A stretch of DNA of 62,750 nt, the filler included, from Asterionella formosa (taxonomy: Eukaryota): assembly GCA_002256025.1 (NCBI GenBank). It is 15 parts of 15 records of this genome, joined end to end, with 100 filler letters (N's around TTAATTAATTAA, not from the genome) between each part and the next. Parts side by side here need not be neighbours in the genome. Positions count along the whole stretch, not along the records: positions 1 to 4,098 come from NKIB01013712.1; positions 4,199 to 8,296 come from NKIB01013713.1; positions 8,397 to 12,493 come from NKIB01013714.1; 12 more parts are not named here. One strand, written 5' to 3'. The stretch's first letter is position 1, and each line of letters opens with the position of its first letter. Below the pieces are notes generated by a model. That model saw only the letters and a program-made list of their open reading frames with translations. It had not been told where the DNA came from and did no database searches. A program made the position numbers and the translations under genes. Of this stretch, positions 1 to 12,593 are shown in pieces.

Positions 1-716
1 TGCCAAATGCAGAAACGAGCGAGCGATATGAAAATGAAATGCGTTCTAATCAGAATCATTCTATAACTATAGCTATGTGGACAGTAGTCTGTTACGCACA
101 TTTTCGTATCTCCTTCTATGCTGAATCTCAATAGTAGATGTAGTAACATGTGAGAATTGAAAATGTCAACGAGAACAAGTACCGGTAGAATGTGTTTGTT
201 TACGGGTTGATTGGCGAAATTGTCATACTGAAGTGGACCATAAGGATATATTTTTTGTACGCTGTGTGCGGAAACATTACGAGTTCGAATGGTTTCTTCT
301 CTCCTGTAAACTCTTAATTTAATGATTATGAACAAAGGTTCACTGCACATGACGATTACTCGAAGATATAAAGATCACTTGACCAAAAAATTGAAGACGT
401 TATCGCAAACATTCATTCCACTTGTCATCGCTAGTATTTCGTTGTTGTTGCAAAAATCGGAGTGATGAGGGGCGGATGGAAATGACGAGCCAAATTACAT
501 TGCTTGAACTGGTACATTATCCTACCAAGAAATTCGAATACAGGAATCTAATAGAAACAATACATATAATAATTAAATATATGTAGTCAAAAGGGTTACT
601 ATTTAAATTACAAAGGCATTTATCAAAATTATTAGATGATCTAACGAAAAATTATGATCAGATGATCACAATCTTATGATGCATCATGGAAATATGATAG
701 TTTTTATTTGCAGACG
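1..716. mobile_element. End of a dispersed TIR-type DNA element, with TIR-like 23-mer at 694-716
   Basis: 1-640 is the reverse complement of ~6536-7171, and the 3' part matches ~39622 onward. It ends in ATGATAGTTTTTATTTGCAGACG, which also occurs at 42398-42420 and, reverse-complemented, at 23061 and 39622. Confidence 0.75.
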
Positions 717-920
717 CAGTGAGACTTGTCAAGAGTCCAATCTCTGTGGGAAGTGTGCCAGTAAAAGTAGTGACAGACAAATCTAGATAAATGAGACTTG
801 TCAAGAGTCCAATCTCTGTGAGAAGTGTCCCAGAGAACCGATTAGGACCCAATGATAGGAAGGTCAAGCTTTACAAAAGTCCCAGCTCAGATGGAATTGT
901 TCCTGTCATATCATTACCAT
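717..920 (-). pseudogene. Plant-type (24-aa) LRR gene fragment
   Basis: Reads MTGTIPSELGLL*SLTFLSL..FSGTLLTEIGLLTSL..FTGTLPTEIGLLTSLT with an in-frame TAA. It is cut off where the DNA element begins at 716. Confidence 0.8.
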
Positions 921-1463
921 TTCGATTTTGTTGATATCCATATCCATGTCCAAGATTCAAATGTCCTTTATTATTATTTTTGTTTGGAAACCAACATGCA
1001 AAGCCATGAATGAGTTGTATTCAGTATATACCATTGGCCCTTCTAATTCTTTGATTTACTTACGTAGTTTTGGCAACTGAAGCCACTTTGAACTGATTTT
1101 TCCAGATAATGAAATATTGTCACCAAAGTCTAATGTCGCTGATTCAAAAGAAAAAACAAAAAATTCAAAATTTAAGTGGAACCATTTCACACCCATTCGT
1201 CATAAAAACCATAAGCTGCACTTACAAAGATTGTTCATATTTTCAGAGATGGATGGTAGCTTTGCTATTATATTAGATGAGCAATTGAAGTACTCTAAGA
1301 AATAGCCATGAAAAAAAGAGTATTTGGTTTAGAAAAATCTTCAAAACTGTTTTCCGATATCCTTGTCACTCACCTAGATTTGAAAGCTTATTGAAGCTTG
1401 AAGGTAGTTCCAAAATCGTATTGTTGCTTAAGTCTATGTGCCCTGTTTAATGAAATAACCGAG

Positions 1464-2795
1464 ATGTATTGCACTTTAAGAAGTCTGCTACAAGATTCGC
1501 AACATGCATCGGCGATTTTGGCTCCACTGACTACAAATGTCAATGACCTTGGTCAAGAACAAACAATCCCAAATCCTGTCGGAACTCAGCTTTTACTACT
1601 ACTCGAAGCCAAATTACCCAAATCAAAAAAGTGCTTGACAATTATGATCCATGCCATTCGTCGTGTAGGTAGGAGGAATTCACTAGTCCCTACCATGGGT
1701 ACTGTGGAAAAATCACTCGCCTTGTCCCTTGAACAAAACGACAAGGACGACCACATACAAGATTCTCTTTCACTGTTGCACGCATTGTTACAGACATTTA
1801 CCCAGGTAGCTGCCACATCACTACGATCCTTGTTCCTACTTGGACATTCGTCTCATTCCATACTCATGGATTTGATCCATGGGAATCGTCATTTTATGAT
1901 GGCCATACATTGCTGTACTGACATGATTCGTAATATGCCATTACTCAAATGGATGGACCCCATGACATTAGGATCCATGCACTATTTTGGTCAGCGTCTT
2001 TCTCAAAGTTTCATACACCTCCTTCTTCTGCTCAAGCCAATGGATCCATTGCCTTTGACACTGTGTACTGTGATACTTACCAACATTCCCTTTGTTTGTG
2101 ATACTTTGGATCCCTTGACAATGGAAGCGATGGAGTTGTTGGACAGAATGATGACAACAATCATTATCATCGATTGTACTGTTAGTACAGAGATACTGTC
2201 GACGTGGACATTGACAAAAGGTTCCATTACGTCCTGTATTGTACAATGCATGGGAGGGAAACTATTACCAAATGGAACTTGGACACGAATGATTGTTCAC
2301 ATGAAATTGTATTTGAACAGCCTACTGTCTGTCAGTGTTCAAAAGTCATTATGGAATGCCCTGCTAGTGGATGGATCAACACAATGTGATGATCAATCAC
2401 CACAACGGAAGAATGCAATAGATATTATGACTGCTCGTTGGACGGCAGATCCTGATTATGTGTATGCAAATCTTGAAGCATGGGAATTGTTTAAGAAAGT
2501 GATACAACAGAATATTATGAATGAGAATCAAAGAATATGTTTGGATGGATTCATGTTGTTGGACACATTTTTTGCTGCCAGAAAGGAAAAATATCAACTA
2601 TCAGGTGCCGATGCCTCCCGCAGTTACTTTGCATATGACCTGCTCCTTCGATATGTTGTTCACAAACAGGTGCCTCCTGCCATAGTATCATGGCTATACT
2701 GGAATGGCAAGGATTTCAGAAAAAGTGTGACGTTTTTGACTACCGTTATGCATACTGGTACCGTTAGTTTGAGTCGTTCCTTGTTCGTCTTTTGA
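1464..2795 (+). CDS. Hypothetical Leu-rich helical protein (possibly HEAT/ARM-like); 3' end uncertain or degenerate
   Basis: 465-codon ORF, first ATG at 1464. Amphipathic, Leu-rich sequence. A possible donor near 2758 gives no long continuation. Confidence 0.5.
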   Translation: MYCTLRSLLQDSQHASAILAPLTTNVNDLGQEQTIPNPVGTQLLLLLEAKLPKSKKCLTIMIHAIRRVGRRNSLVPTMGTVEKSLALSLEQNDKDDHIQDSLSLLHALLQTFTQVAATSLRSLFLLGHSSHSILMDLIHGNRHFMMAIHCCTDMIRNMPLLKWMDPMTLGSMHYFGQRLSQSFIHLLLLLKPMDPLPLTLCTVILTNIPFVCDTLDPLTMEAMELLDRMMTTIIIIDCTVSTEILSTWTLTKGSITSCIVQCMGGKLLPNGTWTRMIVHMKLYLNSLLSVSVQKSLWNALLVDGSTQCDDQSPQRKNAIDIMTARWTADPDYVYANLEAWELFKKVIQQNIMNENQRICLDGFMLLDTFFAARKEKYQLSGADASRSYFAYDLLLRYVVHKQVPPAIVSWLYWNGKDFRKSVTFLTTVMHTGTVSLSRSLFVF

Positions 2796-3394
2796 TCAAG
2801 CATTCGCCTAATTTCTATGTGGCTAAAAAATTCTTCTCAGCATCTTACTGGCGGTTTTTAATGGTTCTTGCGCACAGTCAGTACCTGCAAGTACTGGTCG
2901 AATGGCGCTTATGATCAGAACGTGTACTTTGCCTCGAAGCAAACGAACGAAAAGCATGTTTTGGCCATTATAATACACCTTATGCCAGTATATGTAGGTA
3001 CCTGGTGGTACCCTGGTACCAACCACTTTTGACGTGAAAAATCAACACAATTCTGACAAGGAGAGAAAGACTCCATCAGTTCCACCCTCATCAGAACCAG
3101 CATAACGTATTACCGGTACGCTGGTAACTGGATACATTTCCTTGTCATTCTCGCCGAATTGAGGAACGAACAACAAGTGCTAAATCCTCCTTTCCGCCTT
3201 TTCCGCCATCTTCCATATTTTCATAAAGTCTTGATTTTGTTCCATCATAGACTTGGCTCCGAAACAAACATCCTTTGATTCGAATATCAGCATCCGTACG
3301 AAAACAAACAGATTTGTTTGATAACAATATCATCGCGTTGTCCTTACGAAATACTCCGACAGAGTGTCGCAGCCAACAGCAACACTCTAACAAC

Positions 3395-4098
3395 ATGATG
3401 GATCATCGGGCTTTGTCGCCTGCCGAGACGAATGAAGAAGACATGGACGATGGATCTCCTCCATCTTCTCCTGCCGAAGACTTTGAACAGCGAGTCAAAC
3501 CGAAAAAGATTCGAGCCAACAAGTCTTTGATTGTAAAGGAAGGTAAGAAGAAGAAACGGAAGGTAAGTGACATTCCGGATTCCGTCTAATGGTTGCGCTT
3601 GGACTATTGTTTCATTTTTATGTTTATGATGATGGATTTTAATTATTGATATTCGAAAACGTGTTCACATTTTTCAGGAAAAGCCATCCACAATGACTAC
3701 TACAGCTTCGACCACTACTACCATAGCCACCACGACCACCACCACACCGACCACTAGCTTAGATGACAGCAAAAACAACCCAAACAAGAAACCTCGCAAG
3801 ATCAAGAAGGGAGGAGATCAAGCGCAGACCATGGTCCATGATCAAATGCGTCGTGCGTTGGAAGAAGATCAATATTCTGCAGTCGGGTCTGTCGTTGATA
3901 CAGATTCGGACGAGGATCTGCCCGTCTATCACTCTCGATCGGGAGAGTCCTTGACTTTGGATCGAACGACGATTGTGGCTGCCATGAGGAAACGTTTGTG
4001 GATGGAACGGCAATCCAGGACTGAACAAGAGGAAGACGAGTATGACAAGGAGCATACGAGTACAGGGACAACTAGGAAGAGCAGCATTTCCAAGCCAT
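3395..4098 (+). CDS. Partial two-exon gene for a low-complexity, probably nuclear protein (exons 3395-3562, 3678->4098)
   Basis: A GTAAGT...TTTTCAG intron at 3563-3677 joins KKKKRK in frame to EKPSTMTTT. Basic NLS-like clusters, a Thr tract and acidic tracts. Truncated by the scaffold end. Confidence 0.75.
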
Positions 4099-4198
4099 NN
4101 NNNNNNNNNNNNNNNNNNNNNNNNNNNNNNNNNNNNNNNNNNTTAATTAATTAANNNNNNNNNNNNNNNNNNNNNNNNNNNNNNNNNNNNNNNNNNNN
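4099..4198. other. Artificial scaffold-joining linker, first of 14 (others: 8297-8396, 12494-12593, 16689-16788, 20883-20982, 25075-25174, 29267-29366, 33457-33556, 37646-37745, 41834-41933, 46019-46118, 50204-50303, 54388-54487, 58570-58669)
   Basis: Each is 44 N + TTAATTAATTAA (stops in all six frames) + 44 N. The sequences between them run from 4098 down to 4081 bp without ever increasing. Confidence 0.98.
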
Positions 4199-6535
4199 CT
4201 CATGCCTAGATTAATTTCATTGGCAGCCACTTTTTCTATCACTGCCTCAGACATCATCAAATTCAATAGATGTCGTCTGTATCTGCAGGTGCTCACTCTG
4301 TCCGACATTGTCGACAGTACAGGCAACACCATTGATAAGGACTTTTGGAACAGATACAAAAACAATAGAGTCTTCAATCTCTCCTGGCCCAAACAAACCC
4401 GCCCTGGCCCCACCAGCTGGACAATTTGGAGACGCCTACTTTCACACCTCTTCACCATCAAATCTCGCTCCCCTCACCTTCGCCCTCAAAGCTGTCTCCT
4501 CAAATGGCTTCCCACTGGACCCTCTCACCAACACTGGCCGACATATTTGCATCCATCATCTTCTACCTTCTATTGTCGCCTCCCCTCTGATCCTTCCCTC
4601 TTCTCCCCTTATCGTCGGAACAATCGGCTCCGCTTCACACCCACTCCAAATAACCTTACCTCCACTCTTCCCTCTTCCGCCATTCCAATTTCGGTCTCTT
4701 CCTGGCTCCCCTTCCCGCAAACTCTATCCCACCATATTCGAATTCTCCCCTCCCTTCTCCCTGAATCACATCTCCCACCAACCTTCTCCACCTACCTTTC
4801 ATCTCTCTCTTCTTATGACAATTATTATATCGGCCAGGTTACCTTCCCGCCCGATATTCTACCACTCCTCCAAGATATCAAAACCAATAATTTTGAAGTT
4901 GCCACTGATGGATCAGTCCGCTCTCCCCATGGCTCTTTCTCATGGCTTATTCATGGCCGCTCCAGTGGCACCCAAATCTCTGGCTACAACACTACCACCT
5001 TCACCGCCACCCCTCTTTCTTCCTTCCGGACAGAGTGCTGCGGCTATCTTGGTGCAGTTCTTGCTCTTCGTGCTCTTCTTACATACCATGATCTTCTAGA
5101 TCCCCTCACTCCTTTCACTGCTAGAGCTCACATCGACAACCAGGCCCTAGTCAAGCGTCTGTCTCACCACCATCAACACTCAATTCGTCACAGTCTCCAC
5201 CCAGACTGGGACCTTATCCACTCAGCCACGAAGGTTCTGGCATCTATCCCGGTCGATCTCCAGGCGGTTCACATCAAAAGCCATCAAGATGACAGCAAAC
5301 CCTATGAAGCCTTAACTCTGCCTGCAAAACTCAATATCCAAGTTGATAGACTCACTCATTTAGCCTATCTCCGCTGCCCCCAGCGCTCTATTACTCCGCT
5401 TTCCCCTCAAGTCCCCGCTACCCTCCTTCTTCAGGGATCTCAAGTTACATCTCAGATGATCCCTACAACTCTGACAGCGTACTATAAGCCCAAACAATTC
5501 AAGTACTTCCAAACACGACACGGATGGACGCAGTCAATCTCTGACTCTATTGACTGGAAGTCTTCCACCAGTGCATACAAACACTTGTCATACGGACGCA
5601 GACTAGCAATGTTCAAGTTAATAAATGGACAATGGCCTACCAACAAAATCTTACATCGCCGTGGCAAAGCCCCGGCTTCCTTATGCCCACGCTGCTCCAA
5701 TGCCGTTGAGGACCACGATCACGTCCTAACCTGCTCAGCTTCTTGCCACTTTCGGGATACAAAGTGGACCGCTCTCTCTGACCATCTGAAATCCAAACTT
5801 TGCACTCCTCCCCATATTCTCCTTGCCCTAACCCATGGTCTCCAATCGTGGGAAAATGGTGACATTCCCCCACTTTGGCCTCTTCCAGATCCCTCCCCAG
5901 CCGACCCTCTTCTTTGGACGACCTATCAGGCATATGTCCAACAAACAGCTATAGGATGGAACCACCTCCTAAGGGGACATCTATCAGTTTCTTGGGCCCA
6001 TACCATGACAACCTATCACTCCATCAGAAATCCAGACCAACGCTATGAATCCTCTCTTTGGACAAGTCAACTAATCAACTCCTTATGCGCATATGCCATG
6101 GAACAGTGGAATAATCGCAATGATTTTGTCTATGGCGCCACTCTCCTTGCCACTAATGAACGCCGAATCACATTGCTTCGAACACAGACAACTACAGCTT
6201 ACTCAAACCAGATCTCCGTCCCAGCTGATGAACGAGGACATATATTTGGCCTTCCTCTCTCTCAACGCTTACTTCATTCCCCATCGGCACTGACGGCCTG
6301 GCTGGCAATCTATCGTGCGGGTCAACTACGCCTCACATCCCAAAAACGTCAAGACAAACGCCGCCAGAACACAATCCGAAAATTTCTTATCCATCGCGCG
6401 ACCCCTCGCCGTCCCTCTTCACCTGTCTAAGTCCATCTAATCGAACCGGGCGCTTCGCGCCCCGGTGCGACCCAACGAACTCCACACTTTAGTCGAGGCT
6501 CGATAACGCGTACTAAAAAATTTAGTTACCATGTA
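4199..6535 (+). mobile_element. 3' part of a non-LTR retrotransposon with RNase H and a CCHC zinc motif (Ambal-like diatom LINE); ORF 4202-6430
   Basis: RNase H motifs ATDGSV, SSFRTE, IDNQ, DWD, HIKSHQD and LNIQVD; zinc motif CPRC..EDHDHVLTC; uninterrupted 742-aa ORF; strong C/T bias on the sense strand. Confidence 0.88.
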
Positions 6536-7500
6536 TCATCTAATAATTTTGATAAATGCCTTTGTAATTTAAATAGTAACCCTTTTGACTACATATATTT
6601 AATTATTATATGCAGTGTTTCTATTTGATTCCTGTATTCGAATTTCTTGGTAGGATAATGTACCAGTTCAAGTAATGTAATTTTGCTCGTCATTTCCATC
6701 CGTCATCACTCCGATTTTTGCAACAACAACGAAATACTAGCGATGACAAGTGGAATGAATGTTTGCGATAACGTCTTCAATTGTTGGTCAAGTGATCATT
6801 ATATTATATCTTCGAGTAATTGTCATGTGCAGTGAACCTTTGTTCATAATCATTCAATTAAGAGTTTACAGGAGAGAAGAAACCATTCGAACTCGTAATG
6901 TTTCCGCACACAGCGCACAAAGTATATCCGTTTCGTCCACTTCAGCATGACAATCTCGCCAATCAACCCATAAACAAACACATTCTACTTGTTCTCGTTG
7001 ACATTTTCAATTCTCACATGAAACTAAATCTATTATTTCGATTCAAAAATAGAAGGAGATACGAAAATGTGCCTAACAGACTACTGTCCACATAGCTAGC
7101 TATAGTTATAGAATGATCCTGATTAGAATGAATTTCATTTTCATATAGCTCGCTCGTTTCTGCATTTGGCATACTGTACTTGAATTTACTATTGAACTTG
7201 TCCACATCTTTGATACCATCAAGAGAGCGAAAGCAAGTGGCTCTTTTCATTGTTGTTTGCTCGTAGGAAGAATTTGATTTCTGTATCGTCATTTGCTTGT
7301 TGGAATTGTCCGTTGCTTCAAACTTGCTTGGCCTGCTGTGCATGCACAAACTGTCGACTTGTTTTCAATGGTATGTTGTTCTTGTATTCACTGTTGAACT
7401 TGTCCGAATCTTTATTACCATCAATAGAGCGACAAGTGGGTTTCTTCATTGTTGTTTGCTCCTGGAAATGTCGGTGTCCGTGTCATCGTCATCTCATCAT
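6536..7500. mobile_element. Second copy of the DNA element at 1-716, cut by the LINE
   Basis: 6536-7171 is the reverse complement of 1-640. A decayed minus-strand ORF continues (7014-7349). Right boundary approximate. Confidence 0.7.
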
Positions 7501-8396
7501 GATTGATAAGAAGATACTGTGATATCATGATAGGGTTACATCGATGGTTTCATCGATACATACATCACCAAAGTATGATACGTAATATTGAATAAAGTAC
7601 ATCACATAGCTATGATGCAGCGATCATAGAACTGTGATGATTTTTTAAAATGATTATCATATAATTTTGATCAAAATATGATTATGTAAAAATAGTACAA
7701 TGACAATAAAGTATGATAAAATATGTACGCAAGTGTTACCAAGACATCATAGAATATAAATCAAGCAATCATAAATTATGTTAATAAATAGATATGTTTG
7801 TCGTTTAATGTATACAGTGAAAGTCAACACTTAATATGATTGTATTATACAGTGGATAGGATCTAAGTATACAGATGCGTTGATATGTACATTACTGCTA
7901 TAATATGATTTGTGATATGGATTGATGCATATCACATACTGGTATCCTCAACAACCAGCCATCACGTTCATTGTCGTGTCGTATTTCATTGGTTTAGCTA
8001 TATATATGCAGGCATGTGTATTGTGTAAACACTACGCTGGCGGAACATGCATATTACACTGCTGTGCTCTGTTCAACAATTACTACACCCGGTTACTACT
8101 ATCACACCAGTTCCACCTTCACAAGCGCCGCAATAAGCTCCGCGTTTCCTTTCCACTGTTTTACATCATAGTCTTCTGGCCCTTTGACAACTTTCCAAAT
8201 GGCATTTCATGGATTTCATGGAAAGGATCAGTCAAACAAGAAACGAGACTTACTTCCATTGTTTACAATACACGACTTTATGTTTTCGGAAAAGAANNNN
8301 NNNNNNNNNNNNNNNNNNNNNNNNNNNNNNNNNNNNNNNNTTAATTAATTAANNNNNNNNNNNNNNNNNNNNNNNNNNNNNNNNNNNNNNNNNNNN

Positions 8397-8704
8397 TGTC
8401 TCTGCTTCTAGCCTTCCTGCTAGATAGACTAATTGACCTTCCTGTCAATTAACACACTGTTTCCTCGGTTGATAATCTAAATCTCAAATTAAATTATAAG
8501 CTAAACTAAATGTTTCCTTTCCATGCATCTTTGCTTCCTGCAAAGTCATTCTAAGACTCTCTTCGAGTTTCCACTTAACATTTCCATAGAAATCTTCAAT
8601 CTCTGATCTCGTTAGACAGCTGATTGACGTGGCAATGCAATATTCGACTCGTTCGATTACAATCGAGTCCACAATCCTTGTGACTCGGGCTAATATTCTT
8701 GACA
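8397..8704 (-). mobile_element. Copia LTR (solo or 5' LTR), same family as 21786-22193
   Basis: Near-identical to ~21887-22193. Starts TGTCAAGAATATT on the minus strand, with no polypurine tract before it. Confidence 0.85.
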
Positions 8705-8958
8705 TACCGGTACCAGTATTGCATATTTCTTACCACTTACATGTGGTACGTAGGGGACAAACAGGACGCATACCACCAAGCAACAACAAAACTATTTTTT
8801 AGGGTTCTTCTCATTAGGTAGGGTTAGAATGTACAAATCCCACTCTCGCCCCGGTCAAATTCATTCACTGCCGGTACACCCCATCGCTATAATTCCATTC
8901 CCCCCCCCCCTCTTTCGTTCGCTCCCCGACAAGAGTCGCCAACAAAACCCCTCTCTCC

Positions 8959-9294
8959 ATGGCTCAACACGCCCTTTCACCAGAAGTCATGGCGAAGTAC
9001 CGCGAGCTGATCCAAGAAGCCCAACAACTGCTTGCCAAAGTGACGGAATTGGAAATTGAACGCAACGAACATAAATTGGTGGAAGATACCTTGAAGCCAC
9101 TTGATGGAAACCGGCGTGCCTTTCGTTTAGTGGGAGGAGTATTGGTGGAGAGAACGGTAGCCGAAGTTCTCCCGTCTGTGAGGTCCAATCGGGAAAATCT
9201 TGACAAGGTTATCATCTCTTTAAATGCGAAGCTAGAGTCCACAAACAAGCAAGTTGGTGAGATGAAGGCAAAGTATGGAATTATAGAGCAGTAG
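8959..9294 (+). CDS. PFDN2: Prefoldin subunit 2
   Basis: KVTELEIERNEHKLVEDTLKPLDGNRRAFRLVGGVLVERTVAEVLP is the PFDN2/Gim4 signature; 111 aa. Confidence 0.95.
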   Translation: MAQHALSPEVMAKYRELIQEAQQLLAKVTELEIERNEHKLVEDTLKPLDGNRRAFRLVGGVLVERTVAEVLPSVRSNRENLDKVIISLNAKLESTNKQVGEMKAKYGIIEQ

Positions 9295-9396
9295 CAGTAT
9301 CTATCTTTAAGCTAAACAAACTAATAAATGAGATTGTTGCACTAAACTACATTATTGGCATATGAGAACTGAGTTTCATGACTTAAAGTACACTCT

Positions 9397-10776
9397 TTAC
9401 AGGAACCAAACGCTTTTGCTACCAGTTTCGGGACGGCGCAGGAAGAGGCCTTCGCCAATTTCCTCGAAGTTTTCAATATCAAACTGAAGATCCGACACGA
9501 AGCTTGATGATGGCTTTTCTTTCCCACTTATCGCCCACAGCCTGTCCAAATCTTCGTTGTCCAGTTCGAACGAAAAGACTTCCCGCAACTTGGACGGCCG
9601 GTCAAATGGGCGATCCTTGTCGTCATACAACGTACAACTCGGAACAACTGACGTGACAAGCTCTTGCTGCAATGACCATCGAAGCGCTACTGAGGCCACG
9701 GATACTCGGTGCTTTAAAGAAATGTAACCCAAGACACTCATGACGTGGTCTTGATAAGTGTTCCAGATACTTGTTTCCGCACTCTTGTGTTGCGTTGCCC
9801 AGTCCTTAGAGCAACCTTGAAAGGCGTTTCGTTCTTGAGGCGACAATTCCCAAGCACTCGGCTGACCCAGTTGACCCAAATGTCGGTTGGTCAGGAGACC
9901 GCCTGCGAGAACTCCCTCAGCAATTATTGGTGTATCGGTGTCCTTGCATGCCAAGAGTAGTTCCGATGTATAAAACGAGACAGGGTCGAGGAGATTCATC
10001 TTGATTTGGTTGCTATCCAAGCGAAAGCCGCAGCTATGAGCCTTTCTGAGAAGAGATGCAGGTATGTGTCTCCCTGAAATGGATCGAATCAAGCCCTCTC
10101 GTTGCAGACCTTCGAGTGAATCCAAAACATCCAAATGGTAGGGCGATTTAGGATTGTACTTGAGTTGGATAGTATCAATTGCGTCGCTCCCTGTCCTAGC
10201 CAAGATGGCCATGACTTCTTCTCGAACATTTCCAAGACCTTTTTCTGGGCATTTGATAGGCACTACCAAATGACAAGAGCGGAAAACAGAAAGTGGCGTT
10301 TCTCGCCGTAGTTTGCCATATACTTGTTCTTGTCCCCACTCCGCATTGCCCTTGAGTTGAAAGGTAGTCAAACCCGAATCAATGAGCCGGTGCATCCGTT
10401 GAACAATCAATCCTGGTAAAACAGAATCCGACGAGTTGTCCAGCAGTAAATCAACGGCCACACTAACCATGCATGTTGGAACGGGTTCGTATAGAGCATC
10501 CCCAAGAGACCGATAACAAGGCGGTGGCAGTCTCCCGTCCGTGTCCATCCCATTGGAATAATGTGGAATTCGCCGTTCGTCCACATTTTCAGTTGATATT
10601 TTATTGAACCAAAAGTTGGATTCTGATTCGATTTTCGTTTCCTCTGGCTGCGATGTCGTGCTAGAAAGCTCGGTGGCGCTGGCGGATGTGGTCGCTGTCC
10701 TCCTGTGACACCCAAAGCCCCCTGCGGAACTTATTGCGAGGAAGAGAGCACAGAGTTCCAATTGATGCTTTCTCAT
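9397..10776 (-). CDS. Aldo/keto reductase family protein with probable plastid-targeting presequence
   Basis: Motifs IDTIQL, LQREGLIRSI, NQIKMNLLD, GVLAGGLL, SVASVALRWSLQ and FSFELDNED. N-terminal signal peptide ...AISSAGG-F followed by a Ser/Thr-rich transit peptide. Convergent with prefoldin. Confidence 0.88.
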   Translation of the reverse strand: MRKHQLELCALFLAISSAGGFGCHRRTATTSASATELSSTTSQPEETKIESESNFWFNKISTENVDERRIPHYSNGMDTDGRLPPPCYRSLGDALYEPVPTCMVSVAVDLLLDNSSDSVLPGLIVQRMHRLIDSGLTTFQLKGNAEWGQEQVYGKLRRETPLSVFRSCHLVVPIKCPEKGLGNVREEVMAILARTGSDAIDTIQLKYNPKSPYHLDVLDSLEGLQREGLIRSISGRHIPASLLRKAHSCGFRLDSNQIKMNLLDPVSFYTSELLLACKDTDTPIIAEGVLAGGLLTNRHLGQLGQPSAWELSPQERNAFQGCSKDWATQHKSAETSIWNTYQDHVMSVLGYISLKHRVSVASVALRWSLQQELVTSVVPSCTLYDDKDRPFDRPSKLREVFSFELDNEDLDRLWAISGKEKPSSSFVSDLQFDIENFEEIGEGLFLRRPETGSKSVWFL

Positions 10777-11299
10777 GATCAAAGTTAGAGGAGAAAATGA
10801 TCTTCTCGTAGATGTAAGGATGAGTTCGTTACGCCAGTCAGCACATGCTCACAAGTTGACATGGTTGAGACTTGGTGATAACAAATTACAAAAACCGATA
10901 GGATAGGTTCCGGCTACCGGTACCGATTATTGATCTACTGCCCCGTCATTCTCCTCCTTCCCTTCATCCAACTACGGGTAAATGAAATTACTAGTATAAT
11001 TAGATTATTATGCATATACCGTAAAAATTATGAATAGTATGCAGGTATGCGAATAAAAATAGACAGTGCTGAATATTTTATACGCATAATGCCACCACAA
11101 AATATACCGGTACCGGTAGTCGGATTCATATCCTTAAAGCTGATAAAAATAAAATTTTCTGATGAAGTTTCTGATAATGTTATGATATAAAAAGTTTTAT
11201 CACACTTGTCTGTTGGTTCCCTTGGGGCGCCTTTTTTATCGTGAATTTGTTGATAATCCATGAATGCGTCAGTATGGGTTGCTTTTGTGGTAATTTCCT

Positions 11300-11990
11300 A
11301 CATTTTTATTGAATGTTGGGTTGGTGCTCCCAATAGTCCAATGTTATTCTTTGATATACAGTAGCAGCATAAAACTGCATAAGATACATGTCAAATGTCA
11401 AAAGGATTCATCATGTTAAGTATGATTGTCAATGCATGGACAACTTCAGCCAAGACTCCTTGCATTTCTGGGGTACTAGTAGTACCATTCTTCTGTCAAC
11501 TTCGAAACAACAGCATTTGTATGAGGTTGTATCACGTCCAAATGTCGAATGTCTTTTGCAATTGAATAAACAGTAGATTTTGGCAAATTAAGTGCTGATG
11601 CTAGCTTACAATACATAGTGCGCTTCTGGAAACGAATTTCCTTTATAGCTGCAATCACGTTGTCACGATTATATTTTTGATGATGACCGGACCCGAATTT
11701 GCGGGAAAGCGAGGCAAAATTGTCACTATTGGCTAAATAGTAGGAGGCAAGCATGCGATTCCATATACATTACACAGTACTCTTATTGACATCTAACCTA
11801 TGTGACATGAAATTAATGGTTCCTGGCAACAAAACGGGCTGACCTTCCATTTTTTATCTCTTCTGTTGGGTCCTCTTTGGAGGTTCCGTAAAGCATAATC
11901 AAAAATCGTTTGACGCTCTTCTACTGTCAAATCCCTTCTCTTACACTTGTTAAGATTGAGTTGTGGCAAAAAAATGGGGGTCAGGCATCT
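11300..11990 (-). mobile_element. Degenerate, internally deleted mariner-like (plant/oomycete DD39D-type) transposase
   Basis: Frameshifted fragments RRDLTVEERQTIF, LDVNKSTV..IWNR and KLASALNLPKSTV..IQPHTNAVVSKLTEE match the N-terminal HTH region. No catalytic core seen. Confidence 0.7.
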
Positions 11991-12593
11991 TCATTTTGCT
12001 CGAGATAGGCAAAAGTGAAAATCGAAAAGCCGAACAACGTTTTTTTGAAATGTAGTTGCCAATTTAAAATTAACTTAATTTATATTATACTTAGATCTAT
12101 AGCTTTTTTTCATGGCGCACATTAGGGCAGCTGAGAGGGAGAAAATTGTACCGGTAGGAGTCGAACTTGCCCCGTAGAAATTTTAACAATCGCCGCAATT
12201 ATTTTCAAGCAGAGTACAGTACCAGGAAAGAACTACCTATGTAGATGGAGCACAGTATAGAATACTGGTTTAATACTTACATGCCGGGTACCTGGGTACC
12301 GTTATTTGTTGAGGCAGATTGCTATTTTGGTAAAATGCAGCCGTCATCATAATCACCGCATATTGATGTGTCAAGTTTTGATTGGCGGGAGCAGTTCGTT
12401 CTGAAAACGAGGTGGCTAATCCTAGTACGTATCGTCCAGACGTTTTACACACTCAGCATCGTCAATGCCGAGCAGGTATAATGACGTCGTATANNNNNNN
12501 NNNNNNNNNNNNNNNNNNNNNNNNNNNNNNNNNNNNNTTAATTAATTAANNNNNNNNNNNNNNNNNNNNNNNNNNNNNNNNNNNNNNNNNNNN

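Noticed and set aside
6431..6535. This LINE as the partner of the SINE-like family
   Set aside because: No shared 3' sequence visible between the LINE end and the SINE end.
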